Assembly (NCBI GenBank): GCA_002269645.1
Contig: NIVC01000202.1
Span: 186,001-250,000 of the forward strand
Source of the DNA: Macrostomum lignano
Taxonomy: Eukaryota
Direction of reading: 5' to 3'
DNA length: 64,000 nucleotides
A program made the position numbers and the translations under genes. This document shows positions 13,257 through 28,742 of the stretch, one piece after another; within the stretch, counting starts at the first letter, position 1, and each line of letters begins with the position of its first letter. The notes under the pieces were generated by a model, which was not told the DNA's origin, made no database searches, and was given only the letters and a program-made list of their open reading frames with translations.

Positions 13257-14008
13257 TTATTCCCCGGTGTTTCACCCCCCCCCCGTGTCTCACTCCCCGG
13301 TGTCTTACTCCCCGGTGTCTTACTCCCCGGTGTCTCTCTCATCCCCCGGTGTCTCATTCCCCGGTGTCTTACTCCCCGGTATCTCTCTCATCCCCCGGTG
13401 TCTCATTCCCCGGTGTCTCACTCCCTGGTGTCTCACTCCCTGGTGTCTCACTCCCTGGTGTCTCACTCCCTGGTGTCTCACTCCCTGGTGTCTCACTCCC
13501 TGGTGTCTCACTCCCTAGTGTCTCACTCCCTGGTGTCTCACTCCCTGGTGTCTCACTCCCTGGTGTCTCACTCCCTGGTGTCTCACTCCCTGGTGTCTCA
13601 CTCCCTAGTGTCTCACTCCCTAGTGTCTCACTCCCCGGTGTCTCATTTCCCCGTGTCTCTCCTTCCCCGTGTCTCTCCTTCCCCGTGTCTCTCATTCCCG
13701 GCTGTCTCATTTCCGGGTGTCTCATTCCCAGGTGTCTAATTCCCAATAGTCTCATTCCCTGGTGTCTCATTCCCGGGTGTCTCACTCCCTGGTGTCTTAC
13801 TCCCTGGTGTCTCACTCCCCGGTGTCTCATTTCCCTGTGTCTCTCCTTCCCCGTGTCTCTCATTCCCGGCTGTCTTATTTCCGGGTGTCTCATTCCCAGG
13901 TGTCTAATTCCCAATAGTCTCATTCCCTGGTGTCTCATTCCCGGGTGTCTCATTCCGCAGGTGTCTCATTCCCAGGTGTCTCATTCCCAGGTGTCTCATG
14001 TTCCCCGG
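13257..14008. repeat. 15-bp minisatellite (GGTGTCTCACTCCCT) with degenerate flanks and an internal duplication
   Basis: Tandem copies; source of the PGVSL/CLTPW pseudo-ORFs. Confidence 0.93.
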
Positions 14009-16979
14009 TGTCGTACAACCTAGCGCCTAGCGCAAAATAAATGAGGGTTAAAAATATAAAACTTTGTTATTGTCCACAGCAGTCGTGACGGCACGTTTTT
14101 TAAAGCGCAGATCTAAAATTAGACACAGCTTGCTGCATCTTCATCACTCCTCGCAAACACAGACTAATAATGACTTCATGTCTGAATAGGTACGCATGGC
14201 TGAAAACGTATGTCAATCGTAGCACACTTTAGATTCGAATTCTAATGCGCACGATTGCACCTTCGCGCAGGTTAACTAAAGCTTATCCGCCACTTAATTT
14301 TTATCAGCAAGTTATAAATAAATTTGTTTTGTTTTCTCGCCTTGACAAGGATCACGTGCTTCTCGAATTTATACAGATCGAAATCTGGGCTTTGCACGCG
14401 TTGCTACATTCAGTAGTAGTGTGCGCCGACTATTTTCAAATTTCAATTGTGACGCCATTATTAAAAATAGAAGCAAAGTTCCACTTTGGCGTAACGGACT
14501 GCGGGACTACCGTGTCGCGTGCGTTACAGCTAGTACTTCGGCAGTGTGCAATTATATATTCTGATTTCTTTATTAAAATTAAAATTTTTTGTAAGCATTT
14601 TTTGCAATATTTAATTTCTATTGTCTGATTTCCGTTATAGTACTTATTTGCACTAGTAGTTATGTAGAATATTGTCTTGGAAAAGTATCGACACCGAGTA
14701 CGATGCTCGAATTAACCAGTTATTAATCAACACATTTTTGCCGGCCGATATGTAGAGAAAATAACCTGGCCAAGTGTATTTGTTTCATTAGTTACCATAC
14801 TTTCCGGTTTTAAATAAATTAAATTAAATACGATAATTTTTCTATACGAAACTTGGCTTGTTACTTTAAGTAGAGCATCCTAGGTTTATTTTGCTTGTTT
14901 TAATCAATTTTTATAGTCTTCATTCATATTTCGAGAGAAATTGAACATGAAAATTAGAGAATGAAAACAAACCAAAGCGATTGGATTAAACAAGCTGTTG
15001 TTAATCACACAGACTAAAATAAGTTGTTGTGTATTTGAAAACACGAAACGATTTTAATCAAAAAAATCTGTGATGCGCAACGGCCCGCGGCGTGGAAGGC
15101 TGTGATCAGTTGCCAGGTGCATCAAATGCAAACACGGAGTCATGTTTATAGCAGACTAAGACAAATTCAATGGCCAATTCCATAAGCCTCTCAGTTAACG
15201 ATCCCAATCAAGTCAGGGAGATGATCCATTGTTGCAGTCAAGCAAGCTTGGAATCTCTCTGCAATACGGGATGGTCCTGGGTTCTATGGAATTCGCCTGT
15301 CAATGGCCTGCTAATTGATTGGCTCCAGTCGCATCGACAGCGCAGTTCGCGACAACAAATCACTAGTCTTCCAGGCCGGCATTTCTGCGGCTGCCGAGTC
15401 TGCTTCATAGAAAGTGCTCTTACCGGCTGGAATCATCCGAGACTGGAGGGAGTCAGCAACTGCCGCGCTAGGTTGGTCGGTTCAATGTGAAGATAAAACT
15501 CTCCTGGAGGGGATCTATAGAAAGGCAAAAGGGAGAAGCGAGCTGGACAGGGTTGTAGCGGACAGCAGAGTGCGCTGGGGAGTTCTAGCTAGTATACACC
15601 CTGTGCGAGCACGGAGGCGAGGATGGGGAAGCTCCGGAGGCTGGTTAACGCGGCGAGGACAGCGAGCAAGCCTCGTCCAGCTCTCGCAGGGAGAAATATC
15701 CATCCTCTCTCTCTCCACTCTTTTTTGGCAAACTCGCGCACACACAGAAGGAGCGAGAAGAAGAAGGGGGAACGAGCAGAGAAGCGAAGACTAAGAATTG
15801 CAACTGCAAGCGGCGGTAGGGAAGAGAGTCAGGGAGCAGCGAGGCGGGAGAAGCGGAGAGGAGAGGCTGGGAAGACTGGCGCGGCCTCATCTTAATCCCC
15901 TTCCGACAGAACCGCCCCACCCCCACTCCTGAGCAGCCGGTCTCCCCCACTTCCTCCTCCCCAAATCCTTTTCTCGTCCCTCACTTCCTACCCCTCGGCC
16001 CTAAACCATTCCAGCCCTCTCCAATGCTTCGCATCCCCCCTTGGATGGGGCAGGCAGATGCGAGACGGGCGGCCTGCAGGGGCATCGCAGGGCCATGGGA
16101 CCAAACTGACAGAGAGCTATGAGGGGAAGAGGCCAGGATCTCAGGTGGGGGGCCCAGCGAGCCAATAGGAAACGGACAGGTGTGAAAGGTTTGAGCATGA
16201 GGCTGGCTAGCTGAGCTCAACGGGATGGAAGGCAGTGGGGGATGAAGCCTGAAGCCCGCATCCCAAATCCCAGTCCCCCAAACCCCCTCCCCCCTTCCCT
16301 ACAGAAAAAATCGGAAAGAAAAACTGAAGCGGCCTCTGGGCGCGTCCCAGTGGCTCAGCAGGATTAATAATTCAAAGAGGTTTGAGGTTGAGTCTCGATG
16401 CAGCTGGGGATGCTGCAAGCTGCATTAGGAGTCGGAGGTGAGGCGCGGGCAGTGCAGCAGCTCTGGAAAAGGCTCGGGTTTGAGCAGAGGGATTCAGAGG
16501 GTAGATGAAGGCGTGCAGCTGTGCCCCTCTCTCTCTCTCTCCTCTCTACACCCAATCCTACCCTCATTGTGAAGGTTTGTTACCATGACTCACATGCAAT
16601 ACAATTTCAGAACTGCAGTAACGCACAACTCGTAGTGAGAAAGAGAGAGACGAAGAGCTACACTGCCACAATATGGCTTTGAGCAAGAGAATAATTGCAT
16701 ATGGCTTAATCTAATAATCCACCTGCTCTTTAACTGCGCCCATGCACTCATGTTCTGCTTCTGCTGATTAGAAGGCAATTGGTTTAGTGTACAGACATTT
16801 CAGAGTTCGGATTATCGGATTATCGATTGACTGCAACATTCCAATGACTTTGCCTGGATTTGCTTTAGTAGGGTCATCCATTTTTCTTAGAAACTTCCAA
16901 AGTCAATTAGAAAACTGAATTCGAACTCAGGACTTTGGTGTTCGAAAAAAGAAAAGGCAAAGAAAGCAAGCAGAAAAAA

Positions 16980-17143
<164 letters not shown>

Positions 17144-17894
17144 GGCAGCAAACATCAGGTCAAGATCTAATGACAAGAAATGCCGTCCGTGGCCCTGTCA
17201 GCCTCTGTCTAGAATTTGCCTGTCTGTCCCATTAGCCATTGCCTGCTTCATTGAATCTGCTTCCTCCGCCAGTGCGATGCAGCCGGTAAAACACCTGCAG
17301 AGTCACACCGCACCCCCCCTCCCCGGGCCTCAGCCAGAAGTTCTCACAAATTGGTGCGCAGTAGCAGCAGCAGCAGAAGCAGCTCTGTAATTCAAAGCAG
17401 AAAATTTTGTGACCGCATTCATGTCGCCCTCCCTTTGCCCCCCCTCTCTGCCCGTGGCTTTTGCTGAAGGGAGAAAGTCTGTCTGGAGCAGCAGCAGCAG
17501 AGGAGGTGGATGGAGAGAAAAGGCAGAAAAGCAAACGCTGAGAGAATAGCAAAGAGGTCACGCGGAACTGAGGGGGGGGGGGGAAGGTTGGCGGCTCTGC
17601 TTTGCTGGAGAAACTGCAAACAAGGACTGGGGAATCCGCGGCAGATGGGCGGGGAGGATTTGAGAGAAGTGTGTTGTTGTAAACAAGCTTTAACTTGAGA
17701 AAGAAACGCTGTCCCAGAAGGCGGAAACTCGAGAAATGGAAAACTGAGAAACTGCAATATATTGTGATTGTGAGCAAGATGATGGCTAATTATCGCATTT
17801 CACAGTGAGTGAGTGAATCAGTTGAGACTAGACATGGGTGTTGAGGCTTTAATCCCCGGTACGTTTGAGATGACTAAATTTGAAATGTCGTCTC

Positions 17895-17947
<53 letters not shown>

Positions 17948-17964
17948 TCAGCTCTCTCTCTCAG

Positions 17965-18013
<49 letters not shown>

Positions 18014-18035
18014 TCAGCTCTCTCTCTCTCTCTCT
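17895..18035. repeat. (CT)n microsatellite
   Basis: Direct inspection. Confidence 0.97.
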
Positions 18036-18873
18036 CGTCTCCACAACCGTCTCACTGTATCTGTACTCTCTATCCCCCCTCTACTCCCTCACTGCCTACT
18101 CTCTGCCTACTCTCCGCCTTTTCTCCCTCTGCCTACTCTCCGCCTACTCTCCCCCTACTCACTGCCTACTATCCATTTTAATCCCTTTCTCTCTCATTTC
18201 TAACTCTACCTTTCCCCATCTGTCCCCCATTTGTCCTGATTGAGTTAATATATATATAAATTATACTCATAAGAGGATTATTATAAAGGACTGCAGATGT
18301 TGCGAGTACTCCGGTTGTATAGGTAAAATAAAGATCTTGGACACTTACAGATGCTTAGCAAGGTAAGTATACAGGGAGAAGGAAGAGAGGATGAGACAGG
18401 GTACACATTGGTCGTGCTAATCCAGATGAAAGCTTAGATGATTGCAACGAAGGCTAAACCCTAAGTAAGTTTCCAGGAAATGGTCTAATTAGAAGATTAT
18501 AATTAGACCATCTGCGCATACGGGGCAGTGGCCAGTGGCCACACTGCAAACTAAGTAAAGCCTTTCCGCTCATCAGAGGGGCAGAAATGCACTGATCCAG
18601 CTCATTATTTGCTTTGTTTAACGTCGGTGAAACAAAGTTGCTTCATCACCGGCAACCGTGGAGATACAAATGTCTCTCTCCTCCCTCTCCCAGTCTCTCT
18701 TGCCTCATCTGCTCTCTGGGTTAGCATAAGCTGCTACAGAACTCCCAATACACTGGGTATCGATTGACACAATACACTGAGAAGAAATGATGGCTCAGTG
18801 TGCGTATCGACCCGTAGAGAGAGAGAGAGAGAGGAGGGGAAGAGCTTCCAGTATAGGTAATAGGTAATAGGTA

Positions 18874-20409
<1,536 letters not shown>

Positions 20410-20792
20410 TCTACGGTTGTATTGATTATGAGTAATTGGCGGCCGGCTCACTTCTCAGTGTTTTGTCTGTCAACAAATGCCTTTGTCCCCGTTGTATTGC
20501 TTTAGAAAATTTTATTCTGTTTCGGCAGAAATTCCTATAGAAATTCAAGGATTCTATCTAGTGATGGTCGGGGTCTTTGAGCTTTTGTCGAAGGCTTTTC
20601 ACATTTTCGGGAAAATGCTGAAAGATATATAGCTAGACTTATTTTACAATTTTTCCTGAAACTACGTGGATATAAACTCGTAGCTCTCTGAGTTTATATA
20701 ACTTATAGCAGGCGGATACACAAGTTCGACTCTGGCATTTCTAAGAATTTTGCTAAAGCAGCCTATTTAATAGAATCGGACTATGCACAATG

Positions 20793-21360
20793 ATATTTCC
20801 TAGAATACTGACAGACACAGTCATTTTTCCTAGAATACTGACACACACAGTCATATTTCCTAGAATACTGACACACACAGTAATATTTCCTAGAATACTG
20901 ACACACACAGTCATATTTCCTAGAATACTGACACACACAGTAATATTTCCTAGAATACTGACACACACAGTCATATTTCCTAGAATACTGACACACACAG
21001 TAATATTTCCTAGAATACTGACACACACAGTAATATTTCCTAGAATACTGACACACACAGTAATATTTCCTAGAATACTGACACACACAGTAATATTTCC
21101 TAGATTACTGACACACACAGTCATTTTTCCTAGAATGCTGACACACACAGTCATATTTCCTAGATTACTGACACACACAGTCATATTTCCTAGATTACTG
21201 ACACACACAGTCATTTTTCCTAGAATGCTGACACACGCAGTCCTATTTCCTAGAATTCTGGTCATGGACCCGCAGTCTTATTTCCTAGAATTCTGGTCAT
21301 GCACCCGCAGTCCTATTTCCTAGAATTCTGGTCATGCACCCACAGTCCTATTTTCTAGAA
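20793..21360. repeat. 30-bp minisatellite (TTTCCTAGAATACTGACACACACAGTCATA)
   Basis: Tandem copies that degenerate at the right end. Confidence 0.95.
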
Positions 21361-22244
21361 GTCTTGCTAGAAAAGCAAACTAATTCAGCTGACGAAATAT
21401 CTTTTGTTTTAATTTTCCAACGTTATAATTTGTTGTTTTTCTGTTCACGCGAGTGCTTCTCAATAGCTCACTCTCACTCCCAATCAGGAAGATCAATGAA
21501 ACGGAAGATAAATGGGCACAAAGACGGGACAGTGAGATGTGACTCAAAAGCTTTTGCCAGCAATGCAATCCCTTTGATTAAATTTTTTAGCAGTCCCAAT
21601 TTTGAACTGGCGCGCAATTTAAAAATTAACAAAGAGAGAAAGGCAGCGAAAAATCTGGAATATTGAGGGGATAGCAAGGTGGATTTCAAGGTGGGCGCTT
21701 GCTGCTGTCAATATCTGCAGCTTTTACTCTGTTGTTTTTTTAATCAATTAAAAATTCAATGAAAACCTGTCAGTGGGGGCGACTTGGAAAATGCTGTTGC
21801 TGATCCAGCCGTGTGATCCCCGTGGCAGGGGATCGAGGATGATGAGGCATGAGGCTGCATTTCAGCTTCAATAGCTCCTCTTTCGGAATGCCATTGAGAC
21901 GAAGGCTGGTCTCGCTCCACTGGTATAGGGGGGGGGGCTTGCATGGAGCGGAGGCGGCATGGATTGATGAAGCGTTGCCTCGGGAAGCTGGTTTTGTGCT
22001 TGGATGCTGGATGCCTGGAGTGGATTGTGCTAATGGGGCTGACTAATCTGTTTTTCAGACTGGTATATAGATAGGTAGACGGATATGTAGATAAAAGATA
22101 GAAGAAGACACAGATCGATACGTATAGGTAGATATTAATGTTAAGGATAGTTAATAATGGAGAAGAGAAACTTTTAATTAGTAGATATTAAAGCCGATTG
22201 ATAGCTAGATCGATATGTAGACCACCGGGTGTTGATGGATAGAT

Positions 22245-22703
22245 ATTTACATCTGTGGGTAGATAGATATTTATATCCATGGGTAGATAGATATTTATAT
22301 CCATGGGTAGATAGACATTTATATCCATGGGTAGATAGATATCTATATCCATGGGTACACAGATATTTATATCCATGGGTAGATAGATATTTATATCCAT
22401 GGGTAGATAGATATCTATATCCATGGGTAGATAGATATTTATATCCATGGGTAGATAGATATTTATATCCATGGGTAGATAGATATTTATATCCATGGGT
22501 AGATAGATATTTATATCCATGGGTACACAGATATTTATATCCATGGGTAGATAGATATTTATATCCATGGGTAGATAGATATTTATATCCATGGGTAGAT
22601 AGATATCTATATCCATGGGTAGATAGATATTTATATCCATGGGTAGATAGATATTTATATCCATGGGTACACAGATATTAATATCCATGGGTAGATAGAT
22701 ATT
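22245..22703. repeat. 24-bp minisatellite (ATCCATGGGTAGATAGATATTTAT)
   Basis: Tandem copies. Confidence 0.95.
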
Positions 22704-23195
22704 TTTGAGCGTATATATCAATCGAATTTTTCAGTAGTTCGTAGATAGACATGCAGACTGATCAGTAGATAGATGAGCATATACATAACCATAGATAGAC
22801 GACTGATAGATAGATAAGGCAAACTGACAGCCGCATTCAATATACCGTAGATGAACAGATTAGCCTACAGCACAAATTATAGAGGTATTGAAGAGCAGTT
22901 TGGAGTTAATATTTATCAAAATTGCCATTTGTCCTGTTAACAAAAAAATTAACGAAAAAATACAATAAAATAATTCCCCACACTTAATTTTCTTACGTTA
23001 CTCAATTATTTAGTGGAAAAATCTGTTTGCAAGCCATAATTCATTAAAAATATTATATTCATTACAAACGTATGGCGCTACCATTGGAGATTAGTAAGAC
23101 TAGTATTTGCCTACAAACTCAATTTTTCGTATCTAAAAATAGGGCAACTTACGCCTTTACTGAATTACTTGAGACAATCAGGTTAGAAATCAATC

Positions 23196-23282
<87 letters not shown>
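23196..23282. repeat. (GATA)n microsatellite upstream of Ptf1a
   Basis: Direct inspection. Confidence 0.95.
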
Positions 23283-23508
23283 CGCAGAAGCAGAACGCTT
23301 TCCGAACAGATCCGACTGAAAGCAAAGACGGCTCAGTAATCGATTGCCTGCTCAGATAGTTGAGCTCTCGGGAAGATTCCTCCAGCGTGGGAGAGTGACA
23401 ACTGGTTCCGCTTTGCCTGAGCGATCAATTCAAGACCGGCTGCTAGCTGAAGCACTCTCCAAGTGATCAGCCGATATTCCGATGAGTATAGCAATCAACT
23501 AGATCAAC

Positions 23509-23516
23509 TATAAATA
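23509..23516 (+). promoter_or_regulatory. Candidate TATA box of Ptf1a (TATAAATA)
   Basis: Consensus match ~260 bp upstream of the ATG; the TSS is unknown. Confidence 0.3.
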
Positions 23517-23769
23517 AGTTTTAATTTGTTTTGATAGTCCCTTGAAAAGCCATACGCGTCGCATACTACTAATAGCCATTTTCTCACCAAGAAACGAACG
23601 GTCCTCTCCTATTGGCTGGGCCGGCTTCGCTGAGAGTTTGGACTCGCCCAATCCGGTCAGACTGGTTGGCATTCCGGCGGTGCATAATCGGGATAAAATG
23701 CGATCGCATGGCAGTGCCAAGCAACTAATTTTCTCGGCTGCAGGAAACAGCATTCTCAATAAAGCTGAG

Positions 23770-24178
23770 ATGTTTCACCAGCACCAGCTGCAGCACCAGC
23801 TTCAGCACCAGCTTCAGCACCAGCAGCAGCTGCAGCCGGTTCACCCTGCGCAGCACCAGCTGCTCCTGGCTTCGTCGGACGCTTCAACCGACGACTCCCT
23901 GGTTGCCACAGTCGGCAACGGCGGTAATGACGGCGTCGGCACGGCCGGCGAGGATGACGAAGACGACTGCTTTGATGAAGACTTCGACGATGCCTCAATG
24001 TCCATGGCGTCCTCCTCGATGGCGTCCACCTCGGCGGCCGGCGGTGCCGGTGCCGGAGCTTCTGCCGCCGCCAAGAAGCGGAAGCGGAAGCTGAATTCGC
24101 ACCAGCAGGCGCACCAGAGGCAGGCGGCCAACATGCGGGAGCGGCGGCGAATGCAGAGCATTAACGAGGCCTTCGATG
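23770..24178 (+). CDS. Ptf1a: Ptf1a (pancreas transcription factor 1a / 48-related bHLH) exon 1 of 3; model join(23770..24178,30126..30323,38358..38779), 342 aa
   Basis: ATG at 23770; poly-Q/H and acidic tracts, KKRKRK, then the basic region/helix 1 QRQAANMRERRRMQSINEAFD. Ends GAT G|GTGAGT (phase 1). Confidence 0.92.
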
Positions 24179-24574
24179 GTGAGTTGAGCTCACTCTGAAG
24201 TTGAGCCGCTGAGGGGTTAACATTGAGAGGGAGAAAAGGGCAGGGAGAATGAGATATAGATGAGTCGATACAAAGAGAGAAAAGGCAGTGTGAAGATGGA
24301 GAGAGAGCAAAAAGGGGGAGAGAAGAGGCAGAGAGAAGAGGTAGAGAGAAGAAGTAGAGAATGGGAAGAGAAGAGGAAGAGAAGAAGAGGGAGAGAGAGA
24401 AGATGGTGGGAGAGAAGCGGGAGAAGGGGGAGATAAGACAGTGCTATAGGGGGGGGGGAAGAAAAGAGAAGAAATCAGATTACGCCGCAGGAGAAAGTTG
24501 AGCGACAAAGGAGTAGAAAAGTAGGTAAGAATTTGAGACTCAGAAAACTCAGGAAGCGCTAAATGAATCTATAT

Positions 24575-24940
24575 GAGCACTGAGTGAGTCTATGTGAGCA
24601 CTGAGTGAGTCAATATGAGCACTGAGTGAGTCTATATGAGCACTGAGTGAGTCAATATGAGCATTGAGTGAGTCTATATGAGCACTGAGTCAGTCAATAT
24701 GAGCACTGAGTGAGTCTATATGAGCACTGAGTGAGTCTATATGAGCACTGAGTGAGTCTATATGAGCACTGAGTGAGTCTATATGAGCACTGAGTGAGTC
24801 TAAATGAGCACTGAGTGAGTCTATATGAGCACTGAGTGAGTCTATATGAGCACTGAGTGAGTCTATATGAGCACTGAGTGAGTCTATATGAGCACTGAGT
24901 GAGTCTAAATGAGCATTGAGTGAGTCTATATGAGCACTGA
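24575..24940. repeat. 21-bp minisatellite (GAGCACTGAGTGAGTCTATAT) in Ptf1a intron 1
   Basis: Tandem copies. Confidence 0.95.
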
Positions 24941-25064
24941 ATTAATAGGGAAGCATTCTTCATCGGACATGGCCAACTGAATTCAACTAAAAGATGGGAC
25001 ACAGTGAAACACAGTGAGGACACTGCGCCAGGAAAAAAATCTGTGTTGCAGAAGAAATCTCCGA

Positions 25065-25067
<3 letters not shown>

Positions 25068-25140
<73 letters not shown>
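25068..25140. repeat. (CT)n microsatellite
   Basis: Direct inspection. Confidence 0.95.
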
Positions 25141-25143
<3 letters not shown>

Positions 25144-25637
25144 TGAACCCCAAAAATCCAAGCGAAGAGGTGGGCGCTCCTGCTGTCTCCAATCTCTTCT
25201 GCTTGTGGTGTATCGATTGTGTTTAACAAAAAGCAAAACCCTCTCGTCCTCTCGTTCGCGAGTTCGATTTGCTTGGGCCGGCTGTAATCCATAATTCATT
25301 TTCTTGCTTTTTCTTGCCTTCTATGTAGAAGTGTGGCGTTCTCAAGCAAAAGCAAAAATGTACACTTTTGGCTCGGGCCAGACCAATATTTTTATCTATA
25401 GCCATGAATTATCCCTACCTGGCTTCGCTGCCTTCTAGGAACAAAAAGCTTTCAAGCGCGACAAAATTCGGACCAAAGATGGAGGGGCGAAAGCGCTAGA
25501 AAAAAATAGTGCTTTAAATTTGATGCTTTCAGATTGATAACGCACACCGGTGGCAGTGGGCACTGACTGGAGCAGGCTTGCGCCTATGTGGAGGGGTATA
25601 GCTGTGTTTTACGGGTATAGAGAGCCAAGGATATGGG

Positions 25638-26063
25638 AGAGGAGACGGAGAGAGTAAGAGAGATGGAGAGAGGAAGAGATGAGACGGAGAGAGGAAGAGA
25701 TGAGACGGGGAGAGGAAGAGATGAGACGGAGAGAGGGAGAGATGAGACGGAGAGAGGAAGAGAGGAGACGGAGAGAGGGAGAGATGAGACGGAGAGAGGA
25801 AGAGATGAGACGGAGAGAGGGAGAGATGAGACGGAGAGAGGAAGAGAGGAGACGGAGAGAGGAAGAGAGGAGACGGAGAGAGGAAGAGAGGAGACGGAGA
25901 GAGGAAGAGAGGAGACGGAGAGAGGGAGAGATGAGACGGAGAGAGGAAGAGAGGAGACGGAGAGAGGGAGAGAGGAGACGGAGAGAGGGAGAGAGGAGAC
26001 GGAGAGAGGAAGAGATGAGACGGAGAGAGGGAGAGATGAGACGGAGAGAGGAAGAGATAAGAC
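25638..26063. repeat. 21-bp purine-rich minisatellite (GAGACGGAGAGAGGAAGAGAT)
   Basis: Tandem copies. Confidence 0.95.
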
Positions 26064-26664
26064 GGAGCCGCAGTCGTCAGTTATCGGCAGCATTAGGTAG
26101 CCAGTTGTATTTGAAATCCCCCCAGCAGCTCAAAGCTGCCAGAAGCAATCGCCAATCTCGCAGACTCTCCACCCAAATTCAACACCCTCTTGCCCTGCCG
26201 CTACGGGCGGGCAGGCAGTCCAGCTGAGCTGTTTGCAATCACAACATTGCGGCAGCAGCATTGAGTAGCTGGTAGTCACAGTCACTCCCCAACTCCACTC
26301 TTATCCTCTCCAGCAGCTGCATTGCTAATTGAGTTGGGCAGCAGGTAAGCGAAGTGTCGCAGCTCCCCCCTCCATCGAGGGCCAGCTCGGCCGCTGGCTG
26401 TTTGGACAAGGCCGCTGATTCAAGGATGCAGAAGGGAGGGAGGCTGGGGCTGGGGGATCTCATGAATTATTCCTGGCACTGATAGGCGGGTGAAGGCATT
26501 GGTGGGCCAGTCTGACCGAAATTCGCGAAGCCGCTCTCTTTAGCTTGAATTTTTTCCCCAGTTTTTTGAATTGCCTGGTTTTTCTGCTGCACAAGCCCAT
26601 AAGATGGATGGGGGACTCTGTCTTCTGCTTTTGGCTGAGTGTCACCTCACTAAATGCGCCTTTC

Positions 26665-28322
26665 TGTCACTCTCCTAATCCGCCTGTCACTCTCTAATCC
26701 GCCTGTCATTCTCCTAATCCGCCTGTTACTCACCTAATCCGCCTGTCACTCTTCTAATCCGACTGTCACTCTCCTTATCCGACTGTCACTCTCCTTATCC
26801 GACTGTCACTCTCCTTATCCGACTGTCACTCTCCTAATCCACCTGTCACTCTCCTTATCCGACTGTCACTCTCCTTATCCGACTGTCACTCTCCTTATCC
26901 GACTGTCACTCTCCTAATCCACCTGTCACTCTCCTTATCCGACTGTCACTCTCCTTATCCGACTGTCACTCTCCTTATCCGACTGTCACTCTCCTTATCC
27001 GACTGTCACTCTCCTTATCCGACTGTCACTCTCCTAATCCACCTGTCACTCTCCTTATCCGACTGTCACTCTCCTAATCCACCTGTCACTCTCCTTATCC
27101 GACTGTCACTCTCCTTATCCGACTGTCACTCTCCTTATCCGACTGTCACTCTCCTTATCCGACTGTCACTCTCCTTATCCGACTGTCACTCTCCTTATCC
27201 GACTGTCACTCTCCTTATCCGACTGTCACTCTCCTTATCCGACTGTCACTCTCCTAATCCACCTGTCACTCTCCTTATCCGACTGTCACTCTCCTTATCC
27301 GACTGTCACTCTCCTTATCCGACTGTCACTCTCCTTATCCGACTGTCACTCTCCTTATCCGACTGTCACTCTCCTTATCCGACTGTCACTCTCCTTATCC
27401 GACTGTCACTCTCCTAATCCACCTGTCACTCTCCTTATCCGACTGTCACTCTCCTTATCCGACTGTCACTCTCCTAATCCGGTTGTCCCTCTCCAAATCC
27501 AACTGTCACTCTCCTTATCCGACTGTCACTCTCCTTATCCGAATGTCACTCTCCTTATCCGACTGTCTCTCTCCTTATCCGACTGTCACTCTCCTTATCC
27601 GACTGTCACTCTCCTTATCCGACTGTCACTCTCCTTATCCGACTGTCACTCTCCTTATCCGACTGTCACTCTCCTTATCCGACTGTCACTCTCCTTATCC
27701 GACTGTCACTCTCCTTATCCGACTGTCACTCTCCTTATCCGACTGTCACTCTCCTTATCCGACTGTCACTCTCCTTATCCGACTGTCACTCTCCTAATCC
27801 ACCTGTCACTCTCCTTATCCGACTGTCACTCTCCTTATCCGACTGTCACTCTCCTTATCCGACTGTCACTCTCCTTATCCGACTGTCACTCTCCTTATCC
27901 GACTGTCACTCTCCTTATCCGACTGTCACTCTCCTAATCCACCTGTCACTCTCCTTATCCGACTGTCACTCTCCTTATCCGACTGTCACTCTCCTTATCC
28001 GACTGTCACTCTCCTTATCCGACTGTCACTCTCCTTATCCGACTGTCACTCTCCTTATCCGACTGTCACTCTCCTTATCCGACTGTCACTCTCCTTATCC
28101 GACTGTCACTCTCCTTATCCGACTGTCACTCTCCTAATCCACCTGTCACTCTCCTTATCCGACTGTCACTCTCCTTATCCGACTGTCACTCTCCTTATCC
28201 GACTGTCACTCTCCTTATCCGACTGTCACTCTCCTTATCCGACTGTCACTCTCCTTATCCGACTGTCACTCTCCTAATCCACCTGTCACTCTCCTACTTC
28301 AACCGTCACTCTCTTAATCCGG
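26665..28322. repeat. 20-bp minisatellite (GACTGTCACTCTCCTTATCC), ~80 copies
   Basis: Near-perfect array; the sequence lines repeat identically. Confidence 0.98.
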
Positions 28323-28408
28323 TTGTCACTCCATCCATTCAGATGTCAATCTTTACATCTCTCTGTCACTCTCCTCTACCCATCTTTTCCATCACTCTCC
28401 CATCCGCT

Positions 28409-28459
<51 letters not shown>

Positions 28460-28601
28460 CCGACCCCTCTGCCAAGTGAGCTGCAGAGATGCAGAGATGC
28501 AGGGCCAGACTCTCCAGAGCAAACACTGTTCGACAAAGACCTGCAGTGCCCAGTTGGCCAGTTGGCAGGCGAGTCCTTTTTTTGCAAATTAATCGATTCG
28601 G

Positions 28602-28615
28602 GTTTCCATGGCAAC
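28602..28615. promoter_or_regulatory. RFX X-box-like palindrome GTTTCCATGGCAAC in Ptf1a intron 1
   Basis: Matches GTYNCC-AT-RGYAAC and lies in unique sequence between repeats. Confidence 0.4.
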
Positions 28616-28710
28616 TGGAGTCCAAGATATTCTGTCCTCTTTATTTCCTTTGCCGTCGTGTTTGCCTTGAAATAATTTTTGCGCCGAGAATGACAAAGAC
28701 TGAGCTGTGA

Positions 28711-28742
<32 letters not shown>

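Noticed and set aside
13183-14023. Collagen- or cysteine-rich-looking ORFs (PGVSL, CLTPW)
   Set aside because: All frames on both strands are open because of a 15-bp unit lacking stops; there is no unique coding flank or splice signal.
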